A DNA stretch of 64,000 nt from assembly GCA_964612105.1 (NCBI GenBank), contig CAZTEU010000007.1, forward strand, positions 21,008 to 85,007, given 5' to 3'. The stretch's first letter is position 1. The number at the start of each line of letters is the position of its first letter. The notes under the pieces were generated by a model that saw only the letters and a list, made by a program, of their open reading frames with translations, had not been told where the DNA came from and did not search any database. Below, one piece after another: positions 49,286 through 60,400 of the stretch. Both the position numbers and the translations under genes were made by a program. The stretch comes from an uncultured Gammaproteobacteria bacterium (GTDB taxonomy: Bacteria; Patescibacteriota; Patescibacteriia; Magasanikbacterales; UBA922).

Positions 49286-50461
49286 ATGAAATCAGTTAAG
49301 CAGGCAGGAGACATATATAATAAACATGTAATGATGCGTGTAGATTTTAATGTGCCTGTTGTTAATGGAGAAGTACAAGACGATACAAGAATTAGGACTG
49401 CTTTACCAACTCTTGTGTATCTAATAGAAAGTGGTGCTAAAACTATTCTTACAACACATCTTGGTAGACCAGGAGGAAAGGTTGTGGATGAGCTAAAGCT
49501 AGACCCTGTTGCAAAAAGAGCATCAGAAATCCTTGAGAAAGAAATAAAAAAAGTGGATGGTTTGGTAGGAGAAGAAGTAGAATCTGTAGTAAATGAAATG
49601 AAACCTGGTGATGTAATTATGCTAGAAAATACACGCTTCTCTAGGGATGAAAAAAATAATCAAGGCACACTTGCAAATGACCTATCTAAACTCGCAGATA
49701 TTTTTGTGCAGGAAAGTTTTGCTGTAGCACACCGTGCGAGTGCATCAAACGTTGGGGTTCCACAATACCTACCTTCTTTTGCTGGTTTGCTTTTGGAAAA
49801 AGAAATGAAAGAACTTACGGAGGTGTTAGAAAAGCCGGCACATCCTTTTGTTGTGCTACTTGGTGGGGCAAAAATAGAGACAAAAATTCCTGTACTGCAG
49901 AACCTAATAAAGCACGCAGACAAAGTGCTTGTAGGTGGGGCGCTAGTTAATACATTTTTACAAGCAAAAGGTTTTGAAATATGTGACTCACTTGTAGATC
50001 CAGATTATGGAGAACAAGCTCTGGAATATATGGAGCAAGAAAATGTTATTACTCCTGTTGATTGGATTGTTGGGGTAAAAGATGGGAGCACAAGTCGGGT
50101 GGCTACTATTAATGATCCACTAAAAGAAATATGTAAGCCCAGTGAAGCAATATATGATATTGGTCCAGAGACAATAAAAAAATACAAAGATGAAATTGGA
50201 AATGCCAAGTTAATTGTTTGGAATGGTGCTATGGGACTTTTCGAACAAGCTCCCTATGAGAAAGGAACAAATGAGATTGCTGATGCTATTTCTAAAGCAT
50301 CTAAAGATGGAGCTCATACAGTAATTGGTGGAGGGGAGACAATATTATCTGTTGGTAATTTAGGGCTTTTAGACAGTATAAGTCATGTTTCTACAGGTGG
50401 AGGAGCTATGTTGGAAGTTTTGGCAGGAAACGAGCTTCCAGGAGTAAAAGTACTTGGATAG
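49286..50461 (+). CDS. pgk: Phosphoglycerate kinase
   Basis: VMMRVDFNVPV N-terminal motif. The listed ORF start at 49265 overlaps the gap stop, so ATG 49286 is preferred. Confidence 0.9.
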   Translation: MKSVKQAGDIYNKHVMMRVDFNVPVVNGEVQDDTRIRTALPTLVYLIESGAKTILTTHLGRPGGKVVDELKLDPVAKRASEILEKEIKKVDGLVGEEVESVVNEMKPGDVIMLENTRFSRDEKNNQGTLANDLSKLADIFVQESFAVAHRASASNVGVPQYLPSFAGLLLEKEMKELTEVLEKPAHPFVVLLGGAKIETKIPVLQNLIKHADKVLVGGALVNTFLQAKGFEICDSLVDPDYGEQALEYMEQENVITPVDWIVGVKDGSTSRVATINDPLKEICKPSEAIYDIGPETIKKYKDEIGNAKLIVWNGAMGLFEQAPYEKGTNEIADAISKASKDGAHTVIGGGETILSVGNLGLLDSISHVSTGGGAMLEVLAGNELPGVKVLG

Positions 50462-50513
50462 TTTATATGCTATAATTATAAAACAATAATTAATGTAAAA
50501 ATAAAATAATAAT

Positions 50514-51371
50514 ATGCCTGTCAAAAAAAGAAAGAAGAAAAAAACACTCCTGGATTCAATAATCCCAGATTCTACAAGACCTCAGTCTTGCGGACCTTTA
50601 TTTCACATGGGGGAGCATGGACGCAGACTTTTTGTAACGCTCTTTGGTATTTTACTGGCATATGTAATTATCTGGTTTGCAACCCTTATACGCAATAATC
50701 TGCAGGAATATTACTATATTGGACAAGCAGATCGTCCGGAGAGGACAATTACCATTTCTGCAGAGGATACTGTTACAGCAAGTCCAGATGTGGTTAAGAC
50801 AACTATTGGGATGAACAGTCATGGAGATACCGTAAGTCAGGCGCAAGAAATGAACACCAAAGTAATGAATCATCTAATAAGTGAATTAAAAGAACTAGGA
50901 ATTGAGGATGAAAACATACAGACAAAGAACTATAATGTATATCCAAGATATCGTTATACAGAAAAAGATGGACAAGTTGAAGATGGTTTTGATGTAAGTC
51001 AACATGTATTAGTAAAAAGCTATGATGTAGATTTGGCTAATAAAGTTATTGCACTTGCAGGGAATGTTGGAGCAAACAGTGTAAGTGGCTTGCAATTTAC
51101 CATGGATGATCCAGAAGTTTACAAAAAAAGAGCGCGCTCCAATGCAATAAATAAAGCACGTGTGAAAGCAGATGAACTAGCTAAGGAGCTTGGTGTGAGT
51201 GTGGTTAGGGTGGTCGCTTATAGTGAATTTTCAGATGGAGGAGGAGTATATCCATTTTTCCGTACAGCAACACTAGAGTCGTCTGTCGGTGGCTCATTAC
51301 CAGAACCAAATATAGAATCTGGAAGCCTAGATGTAACAGCAGAAGTTAATATTACATACGAAATTCGTTAA
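50514..51371 (+). CDS. SIMPL/DUF541-family periplasmic protein with N-terminal TM anchor
   Basis: YNVYPRY...FTMDDPE...EVNITYEI follows the SIMPL-domain pattern. TGcTATAAT lies upstream at 50468-50476. Confidence 0.55.
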   Translation: MPVKKRKKKKTLLDSIIPDSTRPQSCGPLFHMGEHGRRLFVTLFGILLAYVIIWFATLIRNNLQEYYYIGQADRPERTITISAEDTVTASPDVVKTTIGMNSHGDTVSQAQEMNTKVMNHLISELKELGIEDENIQTKNYNVYPRYRYTEKDGQVEDGFDVSQHVLVKSYDVDLANKVIALAGNVGANSVSGLQFTMDDPEVYKKRARSNAINKARVKADELAKELGVSVVRVVAYSEFSDGGGVYPFFRTATLESSVGGSLPEPNIESGSLDVTAEVNITYEIR

Positions 51372-51377
51372 TAAATT

Positions 51378-52637
51378 ATGAAAAAAACTGCAATAAAAAA
51401 GGTAAATGCTAGGGAGATCTTAGACTCACGTGGTAATCCTACAGTGGAAGCTACTGTAATTCTTGCAGATGGTTCAGAAGGTATTGCAAAAGTACCAAGT
51501 GGAGCATCTACAGGTATTCACGAAGCTTTAGAGCTTCGTGACGGGTCTCAAAAGAGATATGGTGGAAACGGTGTATTAAAAGCAGTAAAGAATGTAAACA
51601 CAACAATAGCGAAGGTGTTAAAAGGAAAAGACGCATCAAAACAACGATATATAGATGGAATAATGTTAGCGGCAGATGGTACAGCAAATAAAAAGAAACT
51701 TGGTGCAAACGCAATATTAGCTGTATCTCTTGCTACCGCAAGAGCTGCCGCAAGGTCTTCTCGTAGGCCACTATACAGACACTTAAGAACTACTTATAGA
51801 TTAAAAGAGAAGGGCTGGAGAATGCCTGTTGCTACCATGAATGTTCTTAATGGAGGACGTCATGCAGACAATGGCTTGTCAATACAAGAATTTATGATTG
51901 TTCCTATGCATCGTAGGTTTGCAGATAGGGTGCGGATGGGTTCTCAGATTTTTCACTCACTAAAACATCTATTAAACAAAAAGAGACTTGCAACTGGAGT
52001 TGGGGACGAAGGTGGTTTTGCTCCAGAGTTAACAAATAATGAACAAGCACTCAAGCTTTTAGTACAAGCCATAAAATCTGCAGGATTTGTTCCAGGAAAA
52101 AATGTTTTTTTAGCAATGGATATGGCAGCTAGCGAATTTTATCGCAAAGGAAAGTATTACCTAAACAGTCCTACACAGGTATCATCTCCAGACAAGTTAA
52201 TGCGTGTAGTGGATGGTTGGTTAAAGAAGTATCCAATTATTTCTATAGAAGACCCTTTGGCAGAAGATGATTGGGAAAACTGGGCTCTGTTTACGAAAAA
52301 GTTTGGTAAAAAAATTCCTGTCATTGGAGATGATTTGTTTGTAACAAATACAGAACGTATACAAAAAGGCATTGATATGAAGGTTGGAAACGCAGTGCTT
52401 ATTAAGCTTAACCAGATTGGTTCACTTACAGAAACCATAGATGCTATATATCTTGCGAAGAAAAATGGATATAAGACTTCTATCTCTCACAGATCTGGTG
52501 AAACTTCAGACACTTTCATTGCAGATCTTGCTGTGGCTGTTAATTCTGAGTTTATTAAAACAGGCTCACTGTCTCGTTCTGAGAGAGTAGAAAAATATAA
52601 TAGACTGATGAAGATAGAAATGGAGATTAGTAAATAA
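51378..52637 (+). CDS. eno: Enolase
   Basis: ILDSRGNPTVE, SGETSDTFIADLAVA, KTGSLSRSER. Confidence 0.95.
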   Translation: MKKTAIKKVNAREILDSRGNPTVEATVILADGSEGIAKVPSGASTGIHEALELRDGSQKRYGGNGVLKAVKNVNTTIAKVLKGKDASKQRYIDGIMLAADGTANKKKLGANAILAVSLATARAAARSSRRPLYRHLRTTYRLKEKGWRMPVATMNVLNGGRHADNGLSIQEFMIVPMHRRFADRVRMGSQIFHSLKHLLNKKRLATGVGDEGGFAPELTNNEQALKLLVQAIKSAGFVPGKNVFLAMDMAASEFYRKGKYYLNSPTQVSSPDKLMRVVDGWLKKYPIISIEDPLAEDDWENWALFTKKFGKKIPVIGDDLFVTNTERIQKGIDMKVGNAVLIKLNQIGSLTETIDAIYLAKKNGYKTSISHRSGETSDTFIADLAVAVNSEFIKTGSLSRSERVEKYNRLMKIEMEISK

Positions 52638-52649
52638 TGAGTAATATAA

Positions 52650-52676
52650 AAAATCCTCGTATATACGAGGATTTTG
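52650..52676 (+). terminator. Rho-independent terminator after eno (26-nt perfect palindrome)
   Basis: AAAATCCTCGTATA/TATACGAGGATTTT. Confidence 0.7.
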
Positions 52677-52691
52677 AGTTATAATAATTCC

Positions 52692-54251
52692 ATGACTAAG
52701 GAAAATCAAAATAACCCACCTGTAGTTCTTATGATTTTGGATGGTTTTGGTATTTGTAAAGAAAAAAAAGGAAATGCTGTGACATCTACCAGTGCGCCAT
52801 ATCTGTTTAAGTACATGGATGAATATGCTAGTAGTTTATTAAAGGCACATGGTAGACATGTTGGTCTTTTTGAAGGTCAATCAGGTAATTCTGAGGCTGG
52901 GCATTTTAATATTGGAGCAGGTAGGGTTGTGAAGCAAGATCTTGTGATGATAAGTGATGCTATAGAAAACGGGACTTTTTTTAAGAACCCTGCGTTTGCT
53001 AATGCCCTAGAGCACGCTGAAGAAGAGAGTTCAAAGATACATGTAATGGTATTACTTACAGATGGACAGAGTGCGCATGCACACCCCAGTCATTTTTATG
53101 CTGTTTTGAAATATCTTAGGCAGAAAAAGATAAAGAATGTATATCTGCATATTTTCACAGACGGAAGAGATTCGACACCACACTCTGCTATTGGATTCCT
53201 TAATGATTTAAGGAAGAATATGAAAAATGGTGAACATATTGCAACTGTTGGAGGTAGGTTTTATGGAATGGATAGGAATAAGTTGTGGAAAAGAACAAAA
53301 AAAGCGTACGATGCTATGGTTCTAGGAAAAGGATATGTTGCCACAAGTGCCGAAGAGGCAATAGAAGCAGGATACAATAGAAATGAGACAGATGAATATC
53401 TGCAACCAACAGTGATAACAAAGAAAGGGAAACCAATCGCTAAAATTGATGACGACGATGTAATTTTATTTTTTAACGCGCGCAGTGATAGAGCGAGGCA
53501 GTTAACAAAAGCATTTGTACAGAAAGATTTTAATAAAAGAAACCCTGGGTCTTTTAAGAGGAAAAAAATGCCCCACAAACTACATTTCGTTGCTATGACA
53601 GATTTTGGTCCGGACTTGCCAGGAATATACACAGCATTCCCAAGTCCAGACATTCCTAACGCTCTTGCTGGTGCAGTAGGAGAAAGAAGGAAACAATTAT
53701 ATATTTCTGAGACAGAAAAATACGCTCATGTTACTTATTTTATAAATGGTGGTTTTCCAGAACCAATTAATGGGGAGGACAGGGAACTAGTTGCATCTAC
53801 AGGACATGCAAACTATGCAGAACATCCACAGATGTCCTGCCGTAAAGTGACAAATAAGATACTTTCATATATAAAGAATAATAAGTACGACTTTATTACT
53901 GTTAACTTTCCAAACGCAGATATGGTAGGTCATACAGGAGATTTCCAAGCCACAAAAAAAGCTGTAAGGTATATGGACATGCAAATAAAAAGAATTGTTG
54001 AGGATGTGCTCCGTAGAAAAGGAACGGTTATTATTACTGCAGACCACGGTAATGCCGAGTGTATGTTGGATGTAAAAACTGGACAAGCTATGACAGAACA
54101 CACCTCTAATCCGGTTCCGTGTATAGTTATTTCTAAGGATACAAAAGGAAAGAGTCTTAAACCAGGCAAACTTGCTGATGTGGCACCCACAGTCCTAAAA
54201 ATCATGGGTATAAACAAGTCTAAAAATATGACTGGACGCTCACTATTATAA
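52692..54251 (+). CDS. gpmI: 2,3-bisphosphoglycerate-independent phosphoglycerate mutase (copy 1)
   Basis: VLMILDGFG, GNSEAGHFNIGAGR (catalytic Ser), ADHGN. The listed start 52674 is a TTG; ATG 52692 is preferred. Confidence 0.9.
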   Translation: MTKENQNNPPVVLMILDGFGICKEKKGNAVTSTSAPYLFKYMDEYASSLLKAHGRHVGLFEGQSGNSEAGHFNIGAGRVVKQDLVMISDAIENGTFFKNPAFANALEHAEEESSKIHVMVLLTDGQSAHAHPSHFYAVLKYLRQKKIKNVYLHIFTDGRDSTPHSAIGFLNDLRKNMKNGEHIATVGGRFYGMDRNKLWKRTKKAYDAMVLGKGYVATSAEEAIEAGYNRNETDEYLQPTVITKKGKPIAKIDDDDVILFFNARSDRARQLTKAFVQKDFNKRNPGSFKRKKMPHKLHFVAMTDFGPDLPGIYTAFPSPDIPNALAGAVGERRKQLYISETEKYAHVTYFINGGFPEPINGEDRELVASTGHANYAEHPQMSCRKVTNKILSYIKNNKYDFITVNFPNADMVGHTGDFQATKKAVRYMDMQIKRIVEDVLRRKGTVIITADHGNAECMLDVKTGQAMTEHTSNPVPCIVISKDTKGKSLKPGKLADVAPTVLKIMGINKSKNMTGRSLL

Positions 54252-54271
54252 TATGATATTCTAACGAAACT

Positions 54272-55867
54272 ATGGCAAAAAATAAATCAACAGAAAGACC
54301 AAAACCTCTAGTTTTAGCAATATTAGACGGGTTTGGTGTAGCTCCACCAAGTGATGGAAATGCAATTTCCATGGCAAATACCCCAAATATAGACAAGTTT
54401 GTAAAAGAGTTTCCAGTAATGACTCTCTACGCAGCCGGCAAAGAAGTTGGGCTTATGTATGGAGAAATGGGTAATTCTGAGGTGGGACATCTGAATATAG
54501 GAGCTGGACGAATATATTATCAGACTCTTCCAAGAATCTTTAAATCAATAGAAGATAAATCTTTCTTTGAAAACGAACAGTTTACTAAAGCCGTAGAACA
54601 TACAAAAAAGAACAAATCAAAACTACATATAATGGGGCTTGTAAGTCCTGGAAATATACATGCTTCTCAAGATCATTTGGATGCTTTATTAGATTTTTGT
54701 AAAGAAGAGAAAGTAAAAGAAGTATATATTCATGCTTTTATAGATGGGCGTGATACAGGTGAGAAAACAGCCAAGGATTTTATTAAGAAGTTGCAAGAGA
54801 AAATTAAAGAGGTAAAGAGGGGTAAAATTGCTACTGTTTCTGGAAGATATTATGCAATGGATAGAGATAATAGGTGGGATCGTACAGAACTCGCATACAA
54901 TGCAATGGTAAAGGGTGAGTCTACTGATTATTTTACAGACCCACTAAAAGCAATAGATGCGTCATATAAGAAGAAGGTATATGATGAACAATTTGTTCCT
55001 GTAGTAATAGGTGTGGAAGGTAAACCAACAACAAAAATAGAATCTGGTGATGCTTGTATTTTCTTTAATTTCCGTCCAGATCGTGCACGTCAGATAACAG
55101 AGGCTTTTATAGGTTCGGAATTTAAGGAGTTTGCTCGTGAACAAGTAAAAGATTTGTTCTTTGTAACTATGACAGAGTTTGAGAAAGATTTGTCTGCTAA
55201 TGTAGCATACCCTCCAGTTGTTATTTCAAACTGTTTTGCTGAAGTTCTTAGCAATGCCGGGCTAAAACAATACCACGTTGCTGAGACTGAGAAATATGCA
55301 CATGTCACTTTTTTCCTAAATGGAACAATAGAAGATCCATTTAATGGAGAAGACAGAAAAATTATCCCATCTCCTAAGGTAGCTTCGTATGATAAAGCAC
55401 CAGAGATGTCTGCTCCTGAGATTACCAAAAATGTAATTAAGGCAGTTGAGTCGGATAAATATGATGTAATTATTCTAAACTATGCAAACACAGATATGGT
55501 TTGTCACACAGGAATTTTAGAAGCTGGTATTAAAGGTGTCGAAGCTGTAGATAAAGGCTTGGGAGAAATTGCAGATCATGTTTTAGCAAAAGACGGTGTT
55601 TTATTAGTAACCGCAGACCATGGGAACGGAGAAGAGATGATTAATTTGCAGACAAACGAAAGTGTTAAAGAGCATAGTACCAATCCTGTACCATTTTTCA
55701 TAATAAGCAATAGCCTGAAAGGCCAGGCAGGTCCAGCAGGAGATCCACCAAATGGAGATCTGGGCCTACTCAATCCTGTTGGGATGTTGGCAGATGTTGC
55801 TCCTACGGCTCTTAAACTTCTTGGAGTAGAACAACCAAAAGATATGGGAGGAAGAGCTTTGATGTAA
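54272..55867 (+). CDS. gpmI: 2,3-bisphosphoglycerate-independent phosphoglycerate mutase (copy 2)
   Basis: LAILDGFG, MGNSEVGHLNIGAGR, TADHGN. Confidence 0.9.
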   Translation: MAKNKSTERPKPLVLAILDGFGVAPPSDGNAISMANTPNIDKFVKEFPVMTLYAAGKEVGLMYGEMGNSEVGHLNIGAGRIYYQTLPRIFKSIEDKSFFENEQFTKAVEHTKKNKSKLHIMGLVSPGNIHASQDHLDALLDFCKEEKVKEVYIHAFIDGRDTGEKTAKDFIKKLQEKIKEVKRGKIATVSGRYYAMDRDNRWDRTELAYNAMVKGESTDYFTDPLKAIDASYKKKVYDEQFVPVVIGVEGKPTTKIESGDACIFFNFRPDRARQITEAFIGSEFKEFAREQVKDLFFVTMTEFEKDLSANVAYPPVVISNCFAEVLSNAGLKQYHVAETEKYAHVTFFLNGTIEDPFNGEDRKIIPSPKVASYDKAPEMSAPEITKNVIKAVESDKYDVIILNYANTDMVCHTGILEAGIKGVEAVDKGLGEIADHVLAKDGVLLVTADHGNGEEMINLQTNESVKEHSTNPVPFFIISNSLKGQAGPAGDPPNGDLGLLNPVGMLADVAPTALKLLGVEQPKDMGGRALM

Positions 55868-55871
55868 TAAC

Positions 55872-56684
55872 ATGATTACACCAACAGAAATTAAAGGGTT
55901 GTGTGACAAGTATGGGCTTAGACCAAGTAAGCGCTATGGTCAGAATTATCTTATTAATCCTGGGATAATAAAAAAGATAGTAGAAACTGCAGATATTGGC
56001 TCATCTGACACAATAATTGAAATAGGACCTGGTTTTGGGGTGCTCACGTTTGCACTAGCCGATAAAGCAAAAAGGGTAGTCTCTATTGAGATAGAGAAGA
56101 AATTAGAGGAATATTGGTCTGATAAAACAAAGGAATACAAGAATATTGATATTCATTGGGGAAATGTACTTCACATGTTTCCAAAATTAGAGAGAGACAT
56201 ATCTTCTAAGTATAAACTTGTTGCAAATCTTCCATATCAGATAACTTCCCATGCATTGCGCCTCTTTCTAGACTCAGACAAAAAACCAGAGAAGATTGTC
56301 GTAATGGTTCAGAAAGAGGTTGCAGAAAGAATTGTAGCAAAGCCAGGAAATATGAGTACTTTGTCTGTAGCTGTACAGTATTATGGAACACCAAAAATAA
56401 TATCAAAGGTATCAAAAGGGAGCTTTTGGCCCTCTCCAAAAGTGGATTCAGCAATTCTTTCTATTACAAATATACAGAACAAGAAGAATTCCAAACATTT
56501 TTTTGATGTTGTACGGGCTGGTTTTTCTAACAAACGAAAGCAACTTTGGCGTAATCTTCATGAGGGGCTAAAGGCAGAAAAAGAGGAAATAAAAAACATG
56601 TTAAAATCCATTAAAGATTCGGAAAAAGTGCGTGCTCAAGAGCTTTCTGTAGAAGAGTGGATTAAGCTTTCAGACATGTTGTAA
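55872..56684 (+). CDS. rsmA: 16S rRNA (adenine1518/1519-N6)-dimethyltransferase
   Basis: YGQNYLINPGI...IIEIGPGFGVLT. Confidence 0.85.
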   Translation: MITPTEIKGLCDKYGLRPSKRYGQNYLINPGIIKKIVETADIGSSDTIIEIGPGFGVLTFALADKAKRVVSIEIEKKLEEYWSDKTKEYKNIDIHWGNVLHMFPKLERDISSKYKLVANLPYQITSHALRLFLDSDKKPEKIVVMVQKEVAERIVAKPGNMSTLSVAVQYYGTPKIISKVSKGSFWPSPKVDSAILSITNIQNKKNSKHFFDVVRAGFSNKRKQLWRNLHEGLKAEKEEIKNMLKSIKDSEKVRAQELSVEEWIKLSDML

Positions 56685-56707
56685 TGCACAATAAATCTTA
56701 TCAACAT

Positions 56708-56742
56708 AAATCCGTGTTATAGCGGATTTTATGTGTTATAAT
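56708..56742 (+). promoter_or_regulatory. Terminator hairpin followed directly by an extended -10 (TGtTATAAT), giving an essentially leaderless transcript
   Basis: AAATCCG-tgttatag-CGGATTT (56708-56729). TGTTATAAT at 56734-56742. ATG at 56752 is only about 10 nt after the -10. Confidence 0.4.
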
Positions 56743-56751
56743 GTATACAAA

Positions 56752-57423
56752 ATGGGTATGCAAAATAGCTCCCCTCAACATGAATTTACGTCGGAACAAA
56801 AGACTGGCTTTGTCTTATTGTTAGTTTTTGGTGTATTAACTGTTGTCCTAGGTTTTTTGCAGTTAAGAAACACTATTTATAAGCCATTTGTTATTAAAGC
56901 AAAGGCAGATGGTTCTGAAAAACTGAATGCTTTGCTGGATGACACAACACGTCTCCAAAGTATAGATACAGATCAGGATGGTTTGAGTGACTACGAAGAA
57001 TTAAATTTTATACAAACAAGCCCGTATATTCCGGATACAGACTCAGACGGTATTACTGATAAACAAGAGATAGACAACGGCACAGATCCATTGTGTCCAG
57101 AGGGAGATTCTTGTGAAGCAAGAGATTTGCCTGTTGAAGAAGATGTGGAACAAGTAGGAGCATCGGAGCTATTGGACAAGGCACCAAGCTTTGCAGATAT
57201 AGCTGGTACTCCAGAAGTTAACATTGCAGAGATAGATGGAGCACCTATTCCCGGTGGAGGAGATTTGGGAGATGTGCAGGAATTAATAGATAATCCAGCT
57301 AAATTAAGAGAGATAATTTTGGAAACAGGACAAATAGAAGAAGCAGATTTAGCTCAATTTTCTGACGATCAACTAAAAGAAGCTTTCTCTGGAATGCTTA
57401 AGCAATCAGACACCACGCAATAA
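56752..57423 (+). CDS. Membrane-anchored acidic protein with thrombospondin-type-3-like DxDxDG Ca-binding motifs
   Basis: TM GFVLLLVFGVLTVVLGFL. DTDQDGLSDYEE and DTDSDGITDKQEID motifs. Start moved to MGMQ (56752) because the -10 box lies inside the listed ORF's 5' end. Confidence 0.45.
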   Translation: MGMQNSSPQHEFTSEQKTGFVLLLVFGVLTVVLGFLQLRNTIYKPFVIKAKADGSEKLNALLDDTTRLQSIDTDQDGLSDYEELNFIQTSPYIPDTDSDGITDKQEIDNGTDPLCPEGDSCEARDLPVEEDVEQVGASELLDKAPSFADIAGTPEVNIAEIDGAPIPGGGDLGDVQELIDNPAKLREIILETGQIEEADLAQFSDDQLKEAFSGMLKQSDTTQ

Positions 57424-57425
57424 TT

Positions 57426-60400
57426 ATGCTATTTAGCAATAAGCACAAAAAGAAAAAAACAATCGGTATCAGTGTTGCTATTGTGGTATTTCTGTTCTCT
57501 CAATTCTTTAGTTTCACATTATATGCACGTCCAGCAAGTGCAGCTGGACTTCCGGTTGTGGATGCATTAGCAGCAGGACAAAGATCAGGTGAGTCAGTTC
57601 TTGATTATATTGGAAAAACCTTGTACGCAGTAGGTATTGGTGGTCTTATTAATGGTGTTTCATATATGACTAGAAAGGTTGCATATGATACAGCAAAATA
57701 CTTGGGTTCTGGAGGAAAGGGGCAGAAACCTTTGATTTTTACAGATAATTATAAAGATTATTTACGCGATGCGGCGTTAGATTCTGTTGCGTCTACAATT
57801 ACAGATTTTGGTAAACCTTTTGGTCTTAATCTGTGTAAGCCTTCAAATATTAGGGTGCAGGCTCAATTACAGATAGGTCTTAGGAAAATGTATGATGCCA
57901 GAGCTGGAGCAGGACTAGGAGGTCCTAAACCGTCCTGTTCTTGGCAGAACCTTCAAGTAGCTGATCATTTTAGTTCTGCAGTAGATGCAGGATCTAGTTT
58001 ATTTAGTTTAAACACATTAAACAATGCTATTGATGTACGCCAGACAGATTTTGGTATAGCATTTGCTGCAATGACAAAGGTGGACAGATTGCAAGCGCAG
58101 AATGTGCAGTCTAAATTATTACAACGTGCAGGTGCAGATGGGTTTAAACCAATAAAAGGTCTAATATCCAACAAGATAAAAACTCCAGAATCTATAATTA
58201 AAGAAGAGGCAAAATCTCTTACATCTAGTAAACAAAGTGAGATCACATATGGACAGATTGCTGGTATATATGGCTCTGGTGCAAAAGAAATACTACCACT
58301 TGCAGGTACAGTTTTCCTAAATACTTTTATTTCTCAACTGTTAGAAAGTCAGTTAACGAAAGGTCTTATTCCTGATAAGCCAAGTGATGGTTCTGGATCT
58401 CTTGTTTCTGATTTCTATGCTGGGAATATTATTGGACATAAGAAGACTGTAGAGCAAGCATTTAACTACCTGTTTACTGCTGTTCCTACCAAACAAATTG
58501 GAAACTACAACGCTATAGACAAGCTTGTGGCCTGTCCAATAGGAGCTCTAGAAATACATAATTGTGTAATAGATGAGAGAATGCGTGATGCTATTGAAAG
58601 GGCTAGGTTTGGAGATTCTGTAACAATTAGAGAAGCACTAGACCAAAAGATAATTAAAGATCTTCCGCTATACTCTCCATTCCGTGTAGCAGACAATACA
58701 GATCCAAATTGCCGTAACAAAGCATACTGTTACTCTAATGTACAAAAACTACGTAAGTTGCGTGTACTTCCTCTTGGTTTTGAGTTGGCTACGTATAGGT
58801 CAGATCCGGATAATCCTTGGACATTAAGAGAGGTAATGGAAGGTTTTGAAGATTGTGCCAAGGATCCTCAAGATTCAACAAAAGTTATTTATGATCCAGT
58901 TGGGCATCCATACTGTCATCTTATAGACCCAAACTGGATTATTCGTATTCCAGAGACAAGATGTGAATCACAGGCTGTTGGACCGCAATTAATCAGCCCA
59001 AATTCACCTGATCGTCGAGACGAATGTGCGGATATATCTACTTGTATAAATGAAGGCCCTAATGGTGCGTGTTTGGACTCAGAATATTATGGATATTGTA
59101 CAAAGGAAAAAAATACTTGGCACATAGGGAATGATGTTTGCCCAGCTCAGTATAATACCTGTAAGACATATACAGATGAGGAAGGTCAGTCTCAATCATA
59201 CCTATCTAGAACAATAGACTTTGGGCAGTGTAACTCACAAAGTGCAGGGTGTCGTGCATATAGTTTAGAGAAAAAGAATGTTGGAGAGGATACAGAGACA
59301 TGGGTTAATTCAGGTGAGAAAAAGGTGTCATTACAAAAAATGGGGCGCCATCAGACAATGTTCCTAAACTCTCAAGTAGAGAATCAGATATGTTCTGTAA
59401 GTGCAGAAGGTTGTACAGCATTTTATGAGCAGAGTTTTGCTGGAGGGGTAGCCAAAAAAGCAGAAGGTGCACCAACTGTATACCTAAAGAAAGCACCAGA
59501 CTATCTCGGTTGTTATGACGTAAATCCTAATACACCGCAGATAGACTACCCAACAAACCTAAAAGAATTAAAAAGCATAGACGCACCTGCTCAGTGTGAA
59601 TCTTTTGCACAAATTTGTATTCCAGAGGAAACTGCTTGTCAGCTATACACTCCATTAAATGGAGTATCAGATGTTCCTGGAATAATTGGAACAAAATTCA
59701 TGTGTGCAAGTACATGTTCTGGTTATGATGCATTTAAACAGGAAGAATCATTCTTCGAAGAATCAGCTTATCCAAAATACTTCATTCCAGCAGATGCACA
59801 GTCATGTTCTTCGGACGATGCTGGTTGTGAAGAGTTTACCAATTTGGAAGGTTCTGAGGATTTGGAGTATTACAGTGAAATTAAATATTGTGAAAAACCA
59901 GACGGATTTAATCAAAAGACATTTTACTCATGGGAAGGGGATGCTACTAGCGGTTTTGTATTAAGAGTCCACAAACTACTACAAATAGATGATGAAGAGC
60001 ATAAATATATTACACAAACAGCTAAACCAAATCTTGGAAAGACATCAGTATCTACGTTCTTCTCAGTAGGTTCTCCTGCATATGCAGAAGATGCTAAGGT
60101 AAAACTGGAAGGATATTATAATGACTGTAATGAAACCTCTTACTCAAACCTACTAAATAACTCAGATATTGGAGTAAAAGCAAATGAAGACTGTCGCGCA
60201 CTTTATGATGATGAAGGAACTGTGTACTACAGGACACTAAAAGATACTGTAACAGTTTCCTCACAGTGTCGTGACCTTAGAAGAACAAACCCAACCTTTG
60301 AAATAGACAAAGATATTAGTACTGCAGAAGCATGTCAAAATAAGTCAGGTTTTTGGAGTAATAATGAGTGTCGAAGGTGTAAGGGTGGTGGAAGATACCA

